Shown: positions 9,592-19,920 of the stretch, piece by piece
How positions within the stretch are numbered: the first letter of the stretch is position 1
Layout of the letters: every line of letters begins with the position of its first letter
Source of the DNA: a virus
Length of the DNA: 64,000 nucleotides
Reading direction: 5' to 3' (one strand)
Virus record (IMG/VR): IMGVR_UViG_3300042564_002580
Location: 1 to 64,000 of that record
Program-made: the position numbers and the translations under genes
Notes under the pieces: generated by a model
What the model saw: only the letters and a program-made list of their open reading frames with translations
Databases searched by the model: none
Told to the model about the DNA's origin: nothing

Positions 9592-9821
9592 TGGAATCTA
9601 AAAAGAGAAGTTCTATTAAGGCAATAAGCTATACTGCATTTCACGTAGGTGTTGCTAGCTTACTATTCTCGTATTTAATATATGTTATTACTGGTGAATG
9701 GGAAAACGAATACTTAGAGCCCATAACTATAGGTTTTCTAGTATACGTTGCTTGGGAAATTGTTGGATACTTTATATTTGAAAGAATTTGGAATAATCGC
9801 TGGCTCAGGAAGATCAAATAA
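9591..9821 (+). CDS. DUF2061-like small membrane protein
   Basis: KRSSIKAISY...YFIFERIWN pattern, 2 TM. Confidence 0.6.
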   Translation: MESKKRSSIKAISYTAFHVGVASLLFSYLIYVITGEWENEYLEPITIGFLVYVAWEIVGYFIFERIWNNRWLRKIK

Positions 9822-9828
9822 TTAAACA

Positions 9829-10623
9829 ATGAAATTTCATTGGATGATCAGGCATGAAGATACAAGCCCAGATGGTTTAAAAAAAGCTTTTAACTATATT
9901 AATAGCTTTGGGTATAACTCATGCATGTTAACTTACCATTCAAGAGAAAATGACATGTTTATTAAGCTTGCTAGGGCAATAGACCCAAGCATAGCGTTAA
10001 AATATATTATAGCAATGAGAACCTATGCCATAAGCCCAGAGTACCTTGGGCTTATGGTAAAAGGCTTTGAAGAGATTGCAAAAGATAAGATTATGTTTAA
10101 TATAGTTGCTGGGGACCTACATGCAAATGAAACTAGTGTAGAGGATATGGTTGATTCTACTATGTTGGCCACATCCCAGGATAGAGTTAAATACACTGGG
10201 TTATGGTTAGAAAAATTCGTTAACTTGGAAATTTTAAAAGGCCGCATTCCGAAGATGTTTATGAGCGGAACTTCAAAAGCCACATTTGAAAACTGCAAAA
10301 AATTTAATGGCGGTGCCATGGTAATGGTTGATTATTATATGGAAAATAAAGAGTTCCTATCTCAATTTGATACCAGGTGTGTAAGTCTACAGATATGTAT
10401 TAGAGATACAGATGAAGAAGCTAATGAAGTAAAGCATGCAAATTATGATGGGGACAAGCTAAAGTGGTGCTATTTTTATTCAGAAAAGACTTTATTGGAA
10501 AAGCTAATTGATCTGAAAAAAAATGGAGTAACTGATATAATGGTTACTGGACTACCATTTGACCCTGAAGTTTATAGGGTTCATGAATTTATAAAGAAAA
10601 ATATGGAGATTTTTAATGGATGA
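9829..10623 (+). CDS. Luciferase-like (LLM class) flavin monooxygenase
   Basis: YIIAMRTYAISPEY, FNIVAG, MSGTS motifs resembling SsuD family. Confidence 0.7.
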   Translation: MKFHWMIRHEDTSPDGLKKAFNYINSFGYNSCMLTYHSRENDMFIKLARAIDPSIALKYIIAMRTYAISPEYLGLMVKGFEEIAKDKIMFNIVAGDLHANETSVEDMVDSTMLATSQDRVKYTGLWLEKFVNLEILKGRIPKMFMSGTSKATFENCKKFNGGAMVMVDYYMENKEFLSQFDTRCVSLQICIRDTDEEANEVKHANYDGDKLKWCYFYSEKTLLEKLIDLKKNGVTDIMVTGLPFDPEVYRVHEFIKKNMEIFNG

Positions 10624-11296
10624 TGTAAAGATAATTAATAATTTTATATCTAAAGAAGATATTGATATATTTAGAAAATACATAGACAACAATTGGGAAG
10701 ATCAGACCTTGTTTAGACATAGGGTTGGGTTAGCATTCAATAAAGGATTAGCAGTGAGAGCTGTTTTCCCAGACGAGAAGCCAGCATCATTATTTAAAGA
10801 GCTAGAAGACATAGTGTATAAACATTCTGAAAAATTTTTAAACCTATCTAAAGATCTTTTTTCTGACGATAGAGAGGTTTATTTTTATGGCGTATCTATT
10901 ACTAGATTGAGCAAAGATATTCAAATAAGAATTCACGCAGACATCCATGAAGACTTTAGTGATTTAGTTTATTCTGGAGTAATGTATTTAAATGATGATT
11001 ATGAGGGTGGAGAGATAACATTTGTTGATAGCCACGAGTTTACCGAAAAAGATATAAAGATGGATTACTCTAAAGGATTGCTGGTTCCATTTCCTATTTA
11101 TGAAGACTCATTAGGAGGATTTTCCTATAAGCCTGTAGCTGGAGATATTGTTATATTCCCAGCTAATAAGTTGCACGGAGGTAAGGTGGTAATTGATGGA
11201 ACTAGGGACGCAATAGTCTTTTGGTCTACGTTATCAAAAGAGTACGCATTTGAAGGTTTTGACTCAGACAGAGTCTTAAAAAAGATAAGAAGCTGA
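10616..11296 (+). CDS. 2OG-Fe(II) oxygenase, prolyl-4-hydroxylase-like
   Basis: HAD, YLNDDYEGGE, H..R. Confidence 0.85.
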   Translation: MDDVKIINNFISKEDIDIFRKYIDNNWEDQTLFRHRVGLAFNKGLAVRAVFPDEKPASLFKELEDIVYKHSEKFLNLSKDLFSDDREVYFYGVSITRLSKDIQIRIHADIHEDFSDLVYSGVMYLNDDYEGGEITFVDSHEFTEKDIKMDYSKGLLVPFPIYEDSLGGFSYKPVAGDIVIFPANKLHGGKVVIDGTRDAIVFWSTLSKEYAFEGFDSDRVLKKIRS

Positions 11297-11310
11297 TAGG
11301 TTGAATATGC

Positions 11311-12208
11311 ATGTTTAGTGGATTTTGTGAAATAAAAGGCTGTGGGAAAAAAGCAACAAGACTTTCAGGGCACCAATCTGGCCCAATAATTGATATATGT
11401 GATGATTGCTGGCATGAGCAATATAAGTCCTAATCAACTAAATGCTATAATAGTTCTATAAGCGGAATACTAGTCCCGCTTAAATAAATAACCTATAGGA
11501 GTAATAACATGTCAGACGGAAAAGATTTAAACGGATTTACATCACCAAAGGTAAACGATTCAACCGTATGGGGCAATAACGAGCAGTATGCAGCTGATCC
11601 AAAGGCAGCATTCCCATCAACAGACGTTTCAAACCAAGCGCAGGCTCAGGGACCTAAGTAACATGTGCTTTGAGTGCGGTTGCGAAAGCGTAGGAAGTGA
11701 AACTGGAGTTAAAGAAGTTAGCATCCAGGATGTATCAGATCAAAGGAATCAATAATGTGTAAAGATTGTTCATGTGGAAAAGATGAGCAGATTCAAAATG
11801 AATCAGGTCCATCACCAGCTAGTAACAATGTTGTGACTATATCACAAATTAAAGGTGCATAGTGTCAGAAAATGTTGTAAACTCTGGAGAGGCAACTAAA
11901 AAAAATCCTTCTCAGGGTAAATTTAAATCTGGTATTCATGAAAAAAGACCTCCAATGAAAGTGGATGTTAATAAACATGGCATAAGGAGAGAAACTCCTG
12001 CAGTTCCACCTAAAAAGGTGGGCAGGAAAAAAATATAATGTCTCCAAAAAAATTTGGTAAACACCCATCTTTTAATGATACTATCATAAAAGATGGAAAG
12101 ATTATAAAAATTAGAAAAGACGGTAGAATTAAATCTATTGTAGATGATTATCATCCAAATCATAAAGGGGATAAAAAATTAGAAAACTTCAAGACGGAAC
12201 AGAAGTAG
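11311..12208 (+). CDS. Six micro-ORFs (11311-11433, 11509-11661, 11663-11755, 11755-11862, 11862-12038, 12038-12208)
   Basis: Read by eye; stop/start overlaps TAATG and TAGTG; SD AGGAG before 11509. Confidence 0.6.
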
Positions 12209-12408
12209 AAGAATTTTCACACCCCATAGATTTAATAATACATACTAAAGCGCCAGCTAAATGGAAAATTATTGATATGGAAACTGGTCAAGAATACATT
12301 GGAAACCAAGATCCTCATGAAACTTTTTCTGAAGTATTGAGATCTAAGGTTTTTAATGGTAAAATTGGACAATGGAAGAAAATAAAAGGGAGAATTAAAA
12401 ATGAATGA
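12178..12408 (+). CDS. Hypothetical 76-aa protein, probable ATT start
   Basis: SD AAGGGG 7 nt before ATT; IRKLQDGTEVEEFSHPIDLIIHTKAPAKWKIIDMETGQEYIG. Confidence 0.6.
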   Translation: MRKLQDGTEVEEFSHPIDLIIHTKAPAKWKIIDMETGQEYIGNQDPHETFSEVLRSKVFNGKIGQWKKIKGRIKNE

Positions 12409-12883
12409 AGATTTAAAGCCAGCTGGGTGGATAGACGAAGATTTAATTGAAGAAGCTGTAAGTTTTCTTTTTAAAGATTTAAATTTAGAAGACTATAAAT
12501 ATTTAAATATTCATTTTATACCCAATATTCTTAGCGACATGTGCTCTGTTGAAGTAAAAGAATTAAGAGATGGCTATCAGATGATTGATGGAATAGCATT
12601 GGTAATAGTAACCTGTAATTCTAATGAGGAAAAAGATCAGTGGATAAAGGAAAATGATATTCCAGATTCCTGGAATGTATTTTTAGATCACGATAGAGAT
12701 ATATCTAAGAAGTTTTCTAATTTAAATATAGAGTATGATATCCCAGACAGGCTTTCCTGTCTAGTTGATATAGATGGCCATTTACTTTGGTCAATGAAAA
12801 GTGGATTAGCAGAAAAAAGAGATATGCTTCTTTCAAATAAATTTAATAAGAGTTTTGAAAATTTAATAGATATAGCAGAATAG
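12401..12883 (+). CDS. Peroxiredoxin/redoxin-fold protein
   Basis: FIP......CSVEV, FLDHDRDISKKF, RLSCLVDIDG resemble AhpC/BCP. Confidence 0.55.
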   Translation: MNEDLKPAGWIDEDLIEEAVSFLFKDLNLEDYKYLNIHFIPNILSDMCSVEVKELRDGYQMIDGIALVIVTCNSNEEKDQWIKENDIPDSWNVFLDHDRDISKKFSNLNIEYDIPDRLSCLVDIDGHLLWSMKSGLAEKRDMLLSNKFNKSFENLIDIAE

Positions 12884-12887
12884 TTTT

Positions 12888-13691
12888 ATGAAGCAGTTGT
12901 ATTTTTTGCATATTCCAAAAACTGCTGGTAAGTTTATTTCTAGTGAAATATTAAACTCTATACCAAATCATTCAGAATCTTTATATATAAGCACTCATTT
13001 TCCTAATAACAAAGAGTTTATAAAAGATAAAATATACATATCTGCACATGCTGGAACATATATACCTGAAAATATAAAAGATATTGATGTGGCTACAGTT
13101 GTTAGAAATCCAATTGATGCAAGGGCAAGCTATTTTAATTTTATATATCATATGTATTTAGACACAAGAAAAGAATATATTGATCTTGGTACAATGCGTG
13201 AAAAGTTCCTGTATTATTTATTTGAAGATAAAAATTTTTTAATTCACAACAATTATCAAAGCAGATTTTTATGCAATCCTTCCGATGAAAGATCCTGGGA
13301 CAGAAAAGCATTTTTTGAAATTCATTCACCTGACATTTTTAAAAAATATCAAGAAGGGCTTGCTTTTGACTGGTTTGTTGGTAATGAAAATACATCATTG
13401 GATTTAGCTATTAAGAATATATCTAATTTTAAAATAAAAAATACTGTAGACAGATTAGATTTATTTTTAAATAGCATATCTAAATGGTTTTTATTAAACC
13501 ATGGGTTGCAAATAAAATTTAATCAAAATGAAAAAACAAATGAAAGCCTATCCACTCATAACGGCGTAGAGTATTCATCTAAAGATTTAATAGATTTGCT
13601 TACCGAAGAAGAGATTTCTAGCATTTTATATTTAAATAGCATAGACTATGCTGTTTATAATTTTGTAAGGGAGCAAGAAAAAGATGATTAG
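12888..13691 (+). CDS. Sulfotransferase family protein
   Basis: YFLHIPKTAG and VRNPIDARASYF PAPS-binding motifs. Confidence 0.8.
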   Translation: MKQLYFLHIPKTAGKFISSEILNSIPNHSESLYISTHFPNNKEFIKDKIYISAHAGTYIPENIKDIDVATVVRNPIDARASYFNFIYHMYLDTRKEYIDLGTMREKFLYYLFEDKNFLIHNNYQSRFLCNPSDERSWDRKAFFEIHSPDIFKKYQEGLAFDWFVGNENTSLDLAIKNISNFKIKNTVDRLDLFLNSISKWFLLNHGLQIKFNQNEKTNESLSTHNGVEYSSKDLIDLLTEEEISSILYLNSIDYAVYNFVREQEKDD

Positions 13692-14985
13692 TGTAAGTCC
13701 CAATAGACCAATGAAAGAGCTAGAAGATTTCAATTTTAGGCTTGCAGGATTTTACGATGTAAGCAATATTTTAGATATAACTAATTCATTTATAGACGAG
13801 TGGAATATATACACTTCAAGACAAAATGAGGTATACGATAATAGAGTTAATCCGCACTTGCATACAAATACATATATTATACAGGACCACCCGCTAGATT
13901 GGGTATTTGGTCAGCCAATTAAATCTGAGGCAAAAGATAAAAAGTGCTTAGAATCAATATCTCACATAATAAAAAATCTTGAGGAAGAGATTGTTGGAAA
14001 AGCGGCAAGGGTTCTTTTGATAAAGCTTGGATCTAAAAAAGATGTTGCTGTGCACATGGACGGTGGTGACTATTTGTCAACAGTTAGAAGATTCCATATA
14101 CCCTTAATAACAAACGATTCAGTGTCATATACTGTTGATAATGAAACTATACACATGAAAGCATCTGAATGTTGGGAAATAAACAATCTAAAATACCATT
14201 CTGTTAAAAATGATGGCGAAGAAGATAGAATACATCTGCTTGTAGACATATTACCAGAGTATTCTTTTAAGGTGTATAGTCCTGAATTAGATAAAAAAAT
14301 AAGAATTGTTGAAAATTTTATATCAGAAGATGAAGCCAACTTTTTTATAGATTACATAAATAAAAATAAAGATGATAAATCTAAGTTTCCCTTAACAAAA
14401 GGTGAGGTAAGGGGAAAAATTAGAAGCGAGGCTAACATACCAGAGCTCGTACCTTTAAAAAAACATGAAGAGATACTAGATGCTATAAAAAATATTTCAA
14501 AAAGAACAATGGCCGAGTTTAAAGATATTAGTGGGCAGGAAGACCTATGCACCTCAGCTTTTTGGATGACAAGGCTGGGACCAAAAACTATACTTCCTAT
14601 GCACCCAGATGATCATAAGTATGCCACACACCTGTACATGAGCTCAGTTATATACCTAAATGAAGATTATGAAGGAGGCTACTTAAAGTTTGGAGATGTT
14701 GATTTAACATATAAGCCTAAAAAGTATAGTGCAGTTTTTTTCCCATCTTCCTATTTGCATGAAGTTACTAGAATAATTAGCGGGATAAGGATGACTTTGC
14801 CAAATTGGGTATCAATCGGTCAAGAAAGAGACATATTCAGAGATAACCCTATAGTGTACGATCCAAGAACTTTGTTTGGAAGTAATTCTGACGATCCAGC
14901 GTTGCCAGCTTTATTTCAAAGTTGGGCTAATGCCAATAACACTACCATTACTGGTTATGACGGAACAGTTTATTCTGCAAAATAA
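13684..14985 (+). CDS. Fusion: Asp/Asn beta-hydroxylase-like plus P4H-like 2OG-Fe(II) oxygenase
   Basis: HMD..RFHIPL..HSVKN..RIHL then HPD..YLNEDYEGG..HEV..R. Confidence 0.8.
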   Translation: MISVSPNRPMKELEDFNFRLAGFYDVSNILDITNSFIDEWNIYTSRQNEVYDNRVNPHLHTNTYIIQDHPLDWVFGQPIKSEAKDKKCLESISHIIKNLEEEIVGKAARVLLIKLGSKKDVAVHMDGGDYLSTVRRFHIPLITNDSVSYTVDNETIHMKASECWEINNLKYHSVKNDGEEDRIHLLVDILPEYSFKVYSPELDKKIRIVENFISEDEANFFIDYINKNKDDKSKFPLTKGEVRGKIRSEANIPELVPLKKHEEILDAIKNISKRTMAEFKDISGQEDLCTSAFWMTRLGPKTILPMHPDDHKYATHLYMSSVIYLNEDYEGGYLKFGDVDLTYKPKKYSAVFFPSSYLHEVTRIISGIRMTLPNWVSIGQERDIFRDNPIVYDPRTLFGSNSDDPALPALFQSWANANNTTITGYDGTVYSAK

Positions 14986-15705
14986 ATGATTGTAGATAAA
15001 AATCAGATTGATTTAATTGGATACAGTGTAACACCTGTTCCAGTAAGCGAGCTTATTTGGTTAAATAAAGATGTACACTTAAGTTTTTACTTAAAGGTTC
15101 ACAATGATCCTTTAGAGTACGCAGCAGTCGTCGATATTGATTTCTTTACCAGTAATAAAAAAGAAATTATAGAAAAAGAAACTGCTAAATCCTTTGCCTC
15201 AATAGTTTTAAATGGTAAAGATGTTTTATTACATTTTAAAGACTTTCACATTAATAATACTAATGTTCGTAATTTATTTCAGTATGATAACGAATGGCAT
15301 AGATTTGACATAAAAATTTTTAGGGACAATTTGTGGTGCCCAAATAAAAGATGTAAGTTTGAAGACTGCTTACATGTGGAAGCAAAATCATTGGGAGATT
15401 CGTACTTGTCATGGAACCCGAAACATATTAAAAATCATATAAAAGTTTCAATAAGCATAGATGGTTCAAAAGAAATTTATTCAAATTACATGAGCGGGGC
15501 CACACACTCCATCATTAGTTTTAGTAATAACAATGTAAATAATACAAAAGATAGCATATTGCTTAATCAAATAACAGAATCATCTTTAGCTAATCGGCCC
15601 TCAATATCACTGAAAGAAATAAATGCATTATATGACGAAGATGAAATAGAATTTGTTTTAAAAAATTATGTTACTCCAACACCGACTATTGACATGAACC
15701 AGTAG
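14986..15705 (+). CDS. Hypothetical protein
   Basis: 239-aa ORF in operon. Confidence 0.6.
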   Translation: MIVDKNQIDLIGYSVTPVPVSELIWLNKDVHLSFYLKVHNDPLEYAAVVDIDFFTSNKKEIIEKETAKSFASIVLNGKDVLLHFKDFHINNTNVRNLFQYDNEWHRFDIKIFRDNLWCPNKRCKFEDCLHVEAKSLGDSYLSWNPKHIKNHIKVSISIDGSKEIYSNYMSGATHSIISFSNNNVNNTKDSILLNQITESSLANRPSISLKEINALYDEDEIEFVLKNYVTPTPTIDMNQ

Positions 15706-15881
15706 ATATTGTATAATTAAATCATGAAAACTTTATTTACATTAATTTTACTACCGCTCATTGGGTATTTTACCTTTACTGCTTATAGAGATATGAGAAA
15801 TGCTATAGATGCAACTAAAATTCACGATAAGTATAAGCGTGATAAATTTTGGGAGTCACAAAGAGATTTTGAGGAATAGAA

Positions 15882-16178
15882 ATGATTAAGCCGTATGGAA
15901 ACTTATTATTAATTAAAGAGAATAGGGTTGAAGATAGGACTACATCATCTGGTATAGTTCTAATGGCTTCACTTAATGATTCCGCCTTAAGAGTTGGCAA
16001 CATTGTTGACCTTGGGGATGGTGAGCATAACTATAAAGGTGAGCTTATACCAATCAAGGGATTAGCAATTGGTAACAACGTTTACTACAACCAAAACAGC
16101 GGTATAGACATTGAAGACGAAAGCGGAGAAAAGTATTTACTTTTAAATACAAAAAGTGTCCTGGCAATAAAAGTATAA
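15882..16178 (+). CDS. groES: Co-chaperonin GroES-like
   Basis: IKPYGNLLLIK..TSSGIVL..GNIVDLGDG..YLLL..VLA. Confidence 0.85.
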   Translation: MIKPYGNLLLIKENRVEDRTTSSGIVLMASLNDSALRVGNIVDLGDGEHNYKGELIPIKGLAIGNNVYYNQNSGIDIEDESGEKYLLLNTKSVLAIKV

Positions 16179-16408
16179 AGGCAATGATAAATAAGATTAT
16201 ATGCATCATAAAGAAGCACACACTCGTAGAAGCAGGGACGTGCCCATATACTGGATCAACATATCAGTATTGTGAAAGATGCGGGGCAATGATTCCAATA
16301 CAGGTGGCGGTATGAAAGAACCAAAGATAATGAAAATGGATTGGCGTCCATTAGGATATTGGCCAGTTTATAAAGATGGAAAACTAACATGGGAAAAGGA
16401 TCCAAAAG

Positions 16409-16678
16409 ATGATTGAATGGTTAGCAAGGCGTATATTTAGCTGGACGAGCCTAAGAGAATATATCGTTGATGAAGTTCATCTCTATGATCATCTGGATAC
16501 AATTATTAATGATCCAGAAGGAATGAAAATAGCATCTTCTAGCTGGATGGAAGGTGACACGTGGTATGGCTGGAACTATGATAGTAACGCCAAGCGTTAC
16601 TACTTTGATGATGTTGGAAATAAATCTCTAATAGGTTTATGGGAAGATCAATGGTTAAGTAAGGCAGATAGTAATTAG
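16409..16678 (+). CDS. Hypothetical protein
   Basis: ORF with SD AAAGGA. Confidence 0.55.
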   Translation: MIEWLARRIFSWTSLREYIVDEVHLYDHLDTIINDPEGMKIASSSWMEGDTWYGWNYDSNAKRYYFDDVGNKSLIGLWEDQWLSKADSN

Positions 16679-16680
16679 AA

Positions 16681-16753
16681 TTTCAGGTTCCTATAATGGT
16701 CGTAGAGCGGTTTCCGAAACCGATAATGAAGGTCCGATTCCTTCACCTGGAGC
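16681..16753 (+). tRNA. tRNA-Arg(CCG), atypical
   Basis: Acceptor TTTCAGG/CCTGGAG, anticodon loop TTCCGAA, T arm GAAGG-TCCGATT-CCTTC; no encoded CCA. Confidence 0.65.
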
Positions 16754-16756
16754 TTA

Positions 16757-16948
16757 ATGCCTAAACAATGGTCAGATAAATCTCAATGGATTACACATTG
16801 CCCAATATGTTTTTGTGCAACTACACATCAATTATTAGATTTTCATTTACAATATCATGAAAATAAGATCCCAATTAGTGAGCCCGCCGAAAATAGAGAG
16901 CTTCCAGTCAACTACGTTGACACAACTAATGGTATAATAGATATCTAA
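16757..16948 (+). CDS. Small C2H2-like protein
   Basis: CPIC...HLQYH. Confidence 0.5.
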   Translation: MPKQWSDKSQWITHCPICFCATTHQLLDFHLQYHENKIPISEPAENRELPVNYVDTTNGIIDI

Positions 16949-16963
16949 CGATAAGGGTATAAT

Positions 16964-17194
16964 ATGTGGTGGTCTTGGCTATTAGCAGCTATTGGTGTAA
17001 CAGGAATATTTTTTGTAGGACGAAAGGTCATATGGGCCTGGCTCCTATTGTTATTTAATGAGTTCTTGTGGATTGTTTATGCAGTTACAACTAAGCAGTA
17101 TGGGTTTATTTTTGCAGCTGTAGCATACGCAGTTGTCTATATTAGATCCTATATACACTGGTCTAAAGAACCAGTAAACAAAATACATTTATGA
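16964..17194 (+). CDS. Small 3-TM membrane protein (PnuC-like fragment)
   Basis: Trp-rich hydrophobic segments. Confidence 0.55.
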   Translation: MWWSWLLAAIGVTGIFFVGRKVIWAWLLLLFNEFLWIVYAVTTKQYGFIFAAVAYAVVYIRSYIHWSKEPVNKIHL

Positions 17195-17970
17195 AAAACA
17201 AAATAAAGTTTCATTCTAAATCTAACAGTAATAACTCTGTTTCAATGCATAGCCCACAACCATCAAAAAACTTTATACCAGATTGGTACTTATCTAAAGA
17301 TAAATACATTACTGATGGTAAAAATAACAAGGCCATAGAGTTTTATAAGACTAAAGATGGTTCAACGAAATTAATTAGACAACGCACATATAAAACTTGT
17401 CCAGCATTATTAGATTCGCTATCTTCTGGATACATACTGTCAACCCCATGTGATATAGAGATAAAACAAACAGATGGTTTAATTTCAGTAGTCCTTGATG
17501 ATGCATTCACTACTGGCGTTAATGGAAAGAAGGGTGAGTTTTGTTTTGTAAGAGGGGCAAACGAGGGTTTCCCAACACCCAAAGGATACAGCCTAGTTCA
17601 CCTTGTCTGGAATGTTAACTGGTTTCCAGAGCTTCCAGATGGTTACATAGCACTGTTTGCACACCCAATAAATAGGTTTGATCTACCTTTTATAACAATA
17701 TCTGGCATAATTGACTGCAGCGGGTATATAAATGGAGGTCAGATACCCTTCTTTATTAAAGACGACTTTGAGGGTATAATAGAGGCTGGCACACCATTTA
17801 TCCAGATTATTCCATTTAAGAACGAAGCTTGGCAGCATGAGAACATATTTTATGATGAAGAAGAAACAGCAATTCATAGGCAAGAGATGGATACAAAATA
17901 CAGAGTTGTAGACCTTGATCACGATACTAATTACAAACAGAAATTTTGGAGTAAGAAAATATTCAAGTAA
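17191..17970 (+). CDS. Conserved phage protein accompanying 2OG oxygenases (DUF6065-like/dUTPase-like fold)
   Basis: IPDWY, KTCP, HPINR, AGTPFIQIIPF. Confidence 0.55.
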   Translation: MKNKIKFHSKSNSNNSVSMHSPQPSKNFIPDWYLSKDKYITDGKNNKAIEFYKTKDGSTKLIRQRTYKTCPALLDSLSSGYILSTPCDIEIKQTDGLISVVLDDAFTTGVNGKKGEFCFVRGANEGFPTPKGYSLVHLVWNVNWFPELPDGYIALFAHPINRFDLPFITISGIIDCSGYINGGQIPFFIKDDFEGIIEAGTPFIQIIPFKNEAWQHENIFYDEEETAIHRQEMDTKYRVVDLDHDTNYKQKFWSKKIFK

Positions 17971-17981
17971 GGGGCAATTTA

Positions 17982-18230
17982 ATGGCATACAGCAGATTCT
18001 CTAATTCAGATATATATATTTATTCCCATGTAGGTGGATGGATTGAATGTGCAGCATGCTGGCTAAATGAAGGATCAGATGAATATTCTTTATTCTCAAT
18101 GTCAGAAGAGATCCACGATGATGGTCACTTAATAGCACACGTTAGAGAACATATTAAAGCTGGCCACGATGTACCTCAAGGATTGCTTATGGAGATACTT
18201 GCAGATGATGAGAGATATGGTAAAATATAA
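17982..18230 (+). CDS. Hypothetical protein
   Basis: MAYSRF..SDIYIY..ECAAC..HIKAGHDVP. Confidence 0.6.
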   Translation: MAYSRFSNSDIYIYSHVGGWIECAACWLNEGSDEYSLFSMSEEIHDDGHLIAHVREHIKAGHDVPQGLLMEILADDERYGKI

Positions 18231-18232
18231 AT

Positions 18233-18454
18233 ATGGATAACATTGAATTAACAGATGAAGAGATCTCAAAGGGGTATGAGTCAGAGAACCCAGATGAAGA
18301 TAAGTGGGATAATATTGAGAAAGCTTGCTGGAGCGGATATAAGCAGGTTGGTATGAAAGATAAGGGCGGAAGAAAAGTCCCTAACTGCGTACCAGTAAAG
18401 AAGTCTTTATTCGGCACAGAAGGCCCACAGAAGCTAATACCAAGGAACAAGTAA
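18233..18454 (+). CDS. Small protein with CWxGYKQVGMKxKGGRKVPNCVP motif
   Basis: Motif recurrent in aquatic phage proteins; TAAAAT 6 nt before ATG. Confidence 0.65.
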   Translation: MDNIELTDEEISKGYESENPDEDKWDNIEKACWSGYKQVGMKDKGGRKVPNCVPVKKSLFGTEGPQKLIPRNK

Positions 18455-18662
18455 TATGGGTATACTAGATAACCTAGAATCATATCTAGAAAAGGCGGAA
18501 CAGGCCGAAAAATGCCATTACTGTAATAACATAGCTAAGTACAATGACCTTGCTGAAATAGATCAAACATATGATGTAGTAGGCGTATGTGAATGCCATT
18601 CATTTAAAGGACTATCTTCTTAACTATTGACAATTCCTAGTCAACTAGGATATAATGTAAAT

Positions 18663-19628
18663 ATGATTAAATATCGCTTAGTAGCATCAATTGCTACATC
18701 AATTGTTATGTTCATTTCTCCTGCATATGCAGTTGAGAATGGCACACTATTAACTCAAGATGAGAATGCCGTATATCTATTAGATGGCTCAGTAAACGCT
18801 TTCTTGTATCAACCACAAATTGTATTCACATCCTCACATGGAATGGATCAGTGGGCTAAAGGTGAGCTATTTGTTAACAACAGCTCAGGCCAAAAGTCTA
18901 AGGTCGATAAGATACTTATGGCTCCAGGATTTAAAGATAGAATAATTACTAAAGAGGCTATTGCCGCTGGCAAAGCAGTTTTAAGTCGCTCCAATGACTT
19001 TGCAATTCTAATTCTTCAAGAGCCACTTCCAATGACTCAAAAGGTAGATCTAATTAAGAGTAATGATCTTTTAGATATAATCCGTAATCAAGAGCCAGTG
19101 TATTCAATTGGATATAGCTCATACGACAACACTCGTAAAAAAGATCAGCGTCCAAGGCAACTCGAAGCAAAAATGATTGATAAAGAATTAGCAAGGCAAA
19201 TATACGAAGCTTATTACTCAGTTGGACATCCTAATTGGGGGCCAAAGGGATCTACCTTTGAGTTGATAGATATTCAATTAGTACACTCTGCAGCAACGGG
19301 TTCAGGATGTAACGGAGACTCAGGCAGCGGTTACTTCCTCAAAAGGGGTAACACTAAGGTTTACCTTGGTCCAGCAGGGGCACATGCTGTTGGTATACCA
19401 AACTGTGGGGAACCTGGATTCTGGGGAGACAAAGGTAATGCCTTTGCAGTTGAGCCTGTGTATAAGCACTTAGACCTAATAAAGCAGGCTGAGCTAATTG
19501 TTGATCAGATGAATGTAAAGCCAGTAGAGCCCACTGTAAAGCCCACACCACAGCCTACTGCAACACCAAAGGCGGGAAGAAAGAAAGCCTTCAGATATAT
19601 ACATAAAACATCTCATAGGTGTCTATAA
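18663..19628 (+). CDS. Secreted trypsin-like (S1) serine protease
   Basis: Signal peptide, TSSHG, NDFAIL, CNGDSGSG; TTGACA..TATAAT promoter then leaderless ATG 18663. Confidence 0.8.
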   Translation: MIKYRLVASIATSIVMFISPAYAVENGTLLTQDENAVYLLDGSVNAFLYQPQIVFTSSHGMDQWAKGELFVNNSSGQKSKVDKILMAPGFKDRIITKEAIAAGKAVLSRSNDFAILILQEPLPMTQKVDLIKSNDLLDIIRNQEPVYSIGYSSYDNTRKKDQRPRQLEAKMIDKELARQIYEAYYSVGHPNWGPKGSTFELIDIQLVHSAATGSGCNGDSGSGYFLKRGNTKVYLGPAGAHAVGIPNCGEPGFWGDKGNAFAVEPVYKHLDLIKQAELIVDQMNVKPVEPTVKPTPQPTATPKAGRKKAFRYIHKTSHRCL

Positions 19629-19710
19629 TACCCATATAGATGGCGAAAAAAGTGAAGTCGAAAAGTAGAGACCCCTTGTCAGTACCTGACATAAATGTTA
19701 TAATAAATAC

Positions 19711-19920
19711 ATGCTGCAGAACTTAGAGATACCTGATCCATTTGCTACATTTGTGGCACACAAGTACGCTAATTTTAAGGGTATGAAATATGACTTCTTT
19801 AGCGGTGAATGGGATATGAAATGTGGATGCTGCTCAGAGCCATTAAACGCTCCAACTAAGAAAATATTAAATAAGATCAGGCTATATCACACTCGTAATG
19901 AATGTCTTGGGGGGTACTGA
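19711..19920 (+). CDS. Small Cys/His protein
   Basis: CGCC..HTRNEC; TTGTCA-N17-TATAAT 6 nt before ATG. Confidence 0.6.
   Translation: MLQNLEIPDPFATFVAHKYANFKGMKYDFFSGEWDMKCGCCSEPLNAPTKKILNKIRLYHTRNECLGGY

Noticed and set aside
19677-19691. TGTCAG-TAC-CTGACA palindrome as another TGTCAG-N10 promoter
   Set aside because: Spacing fits a conventional TTGTCA-N17-TATAAT promoter instead; single instance
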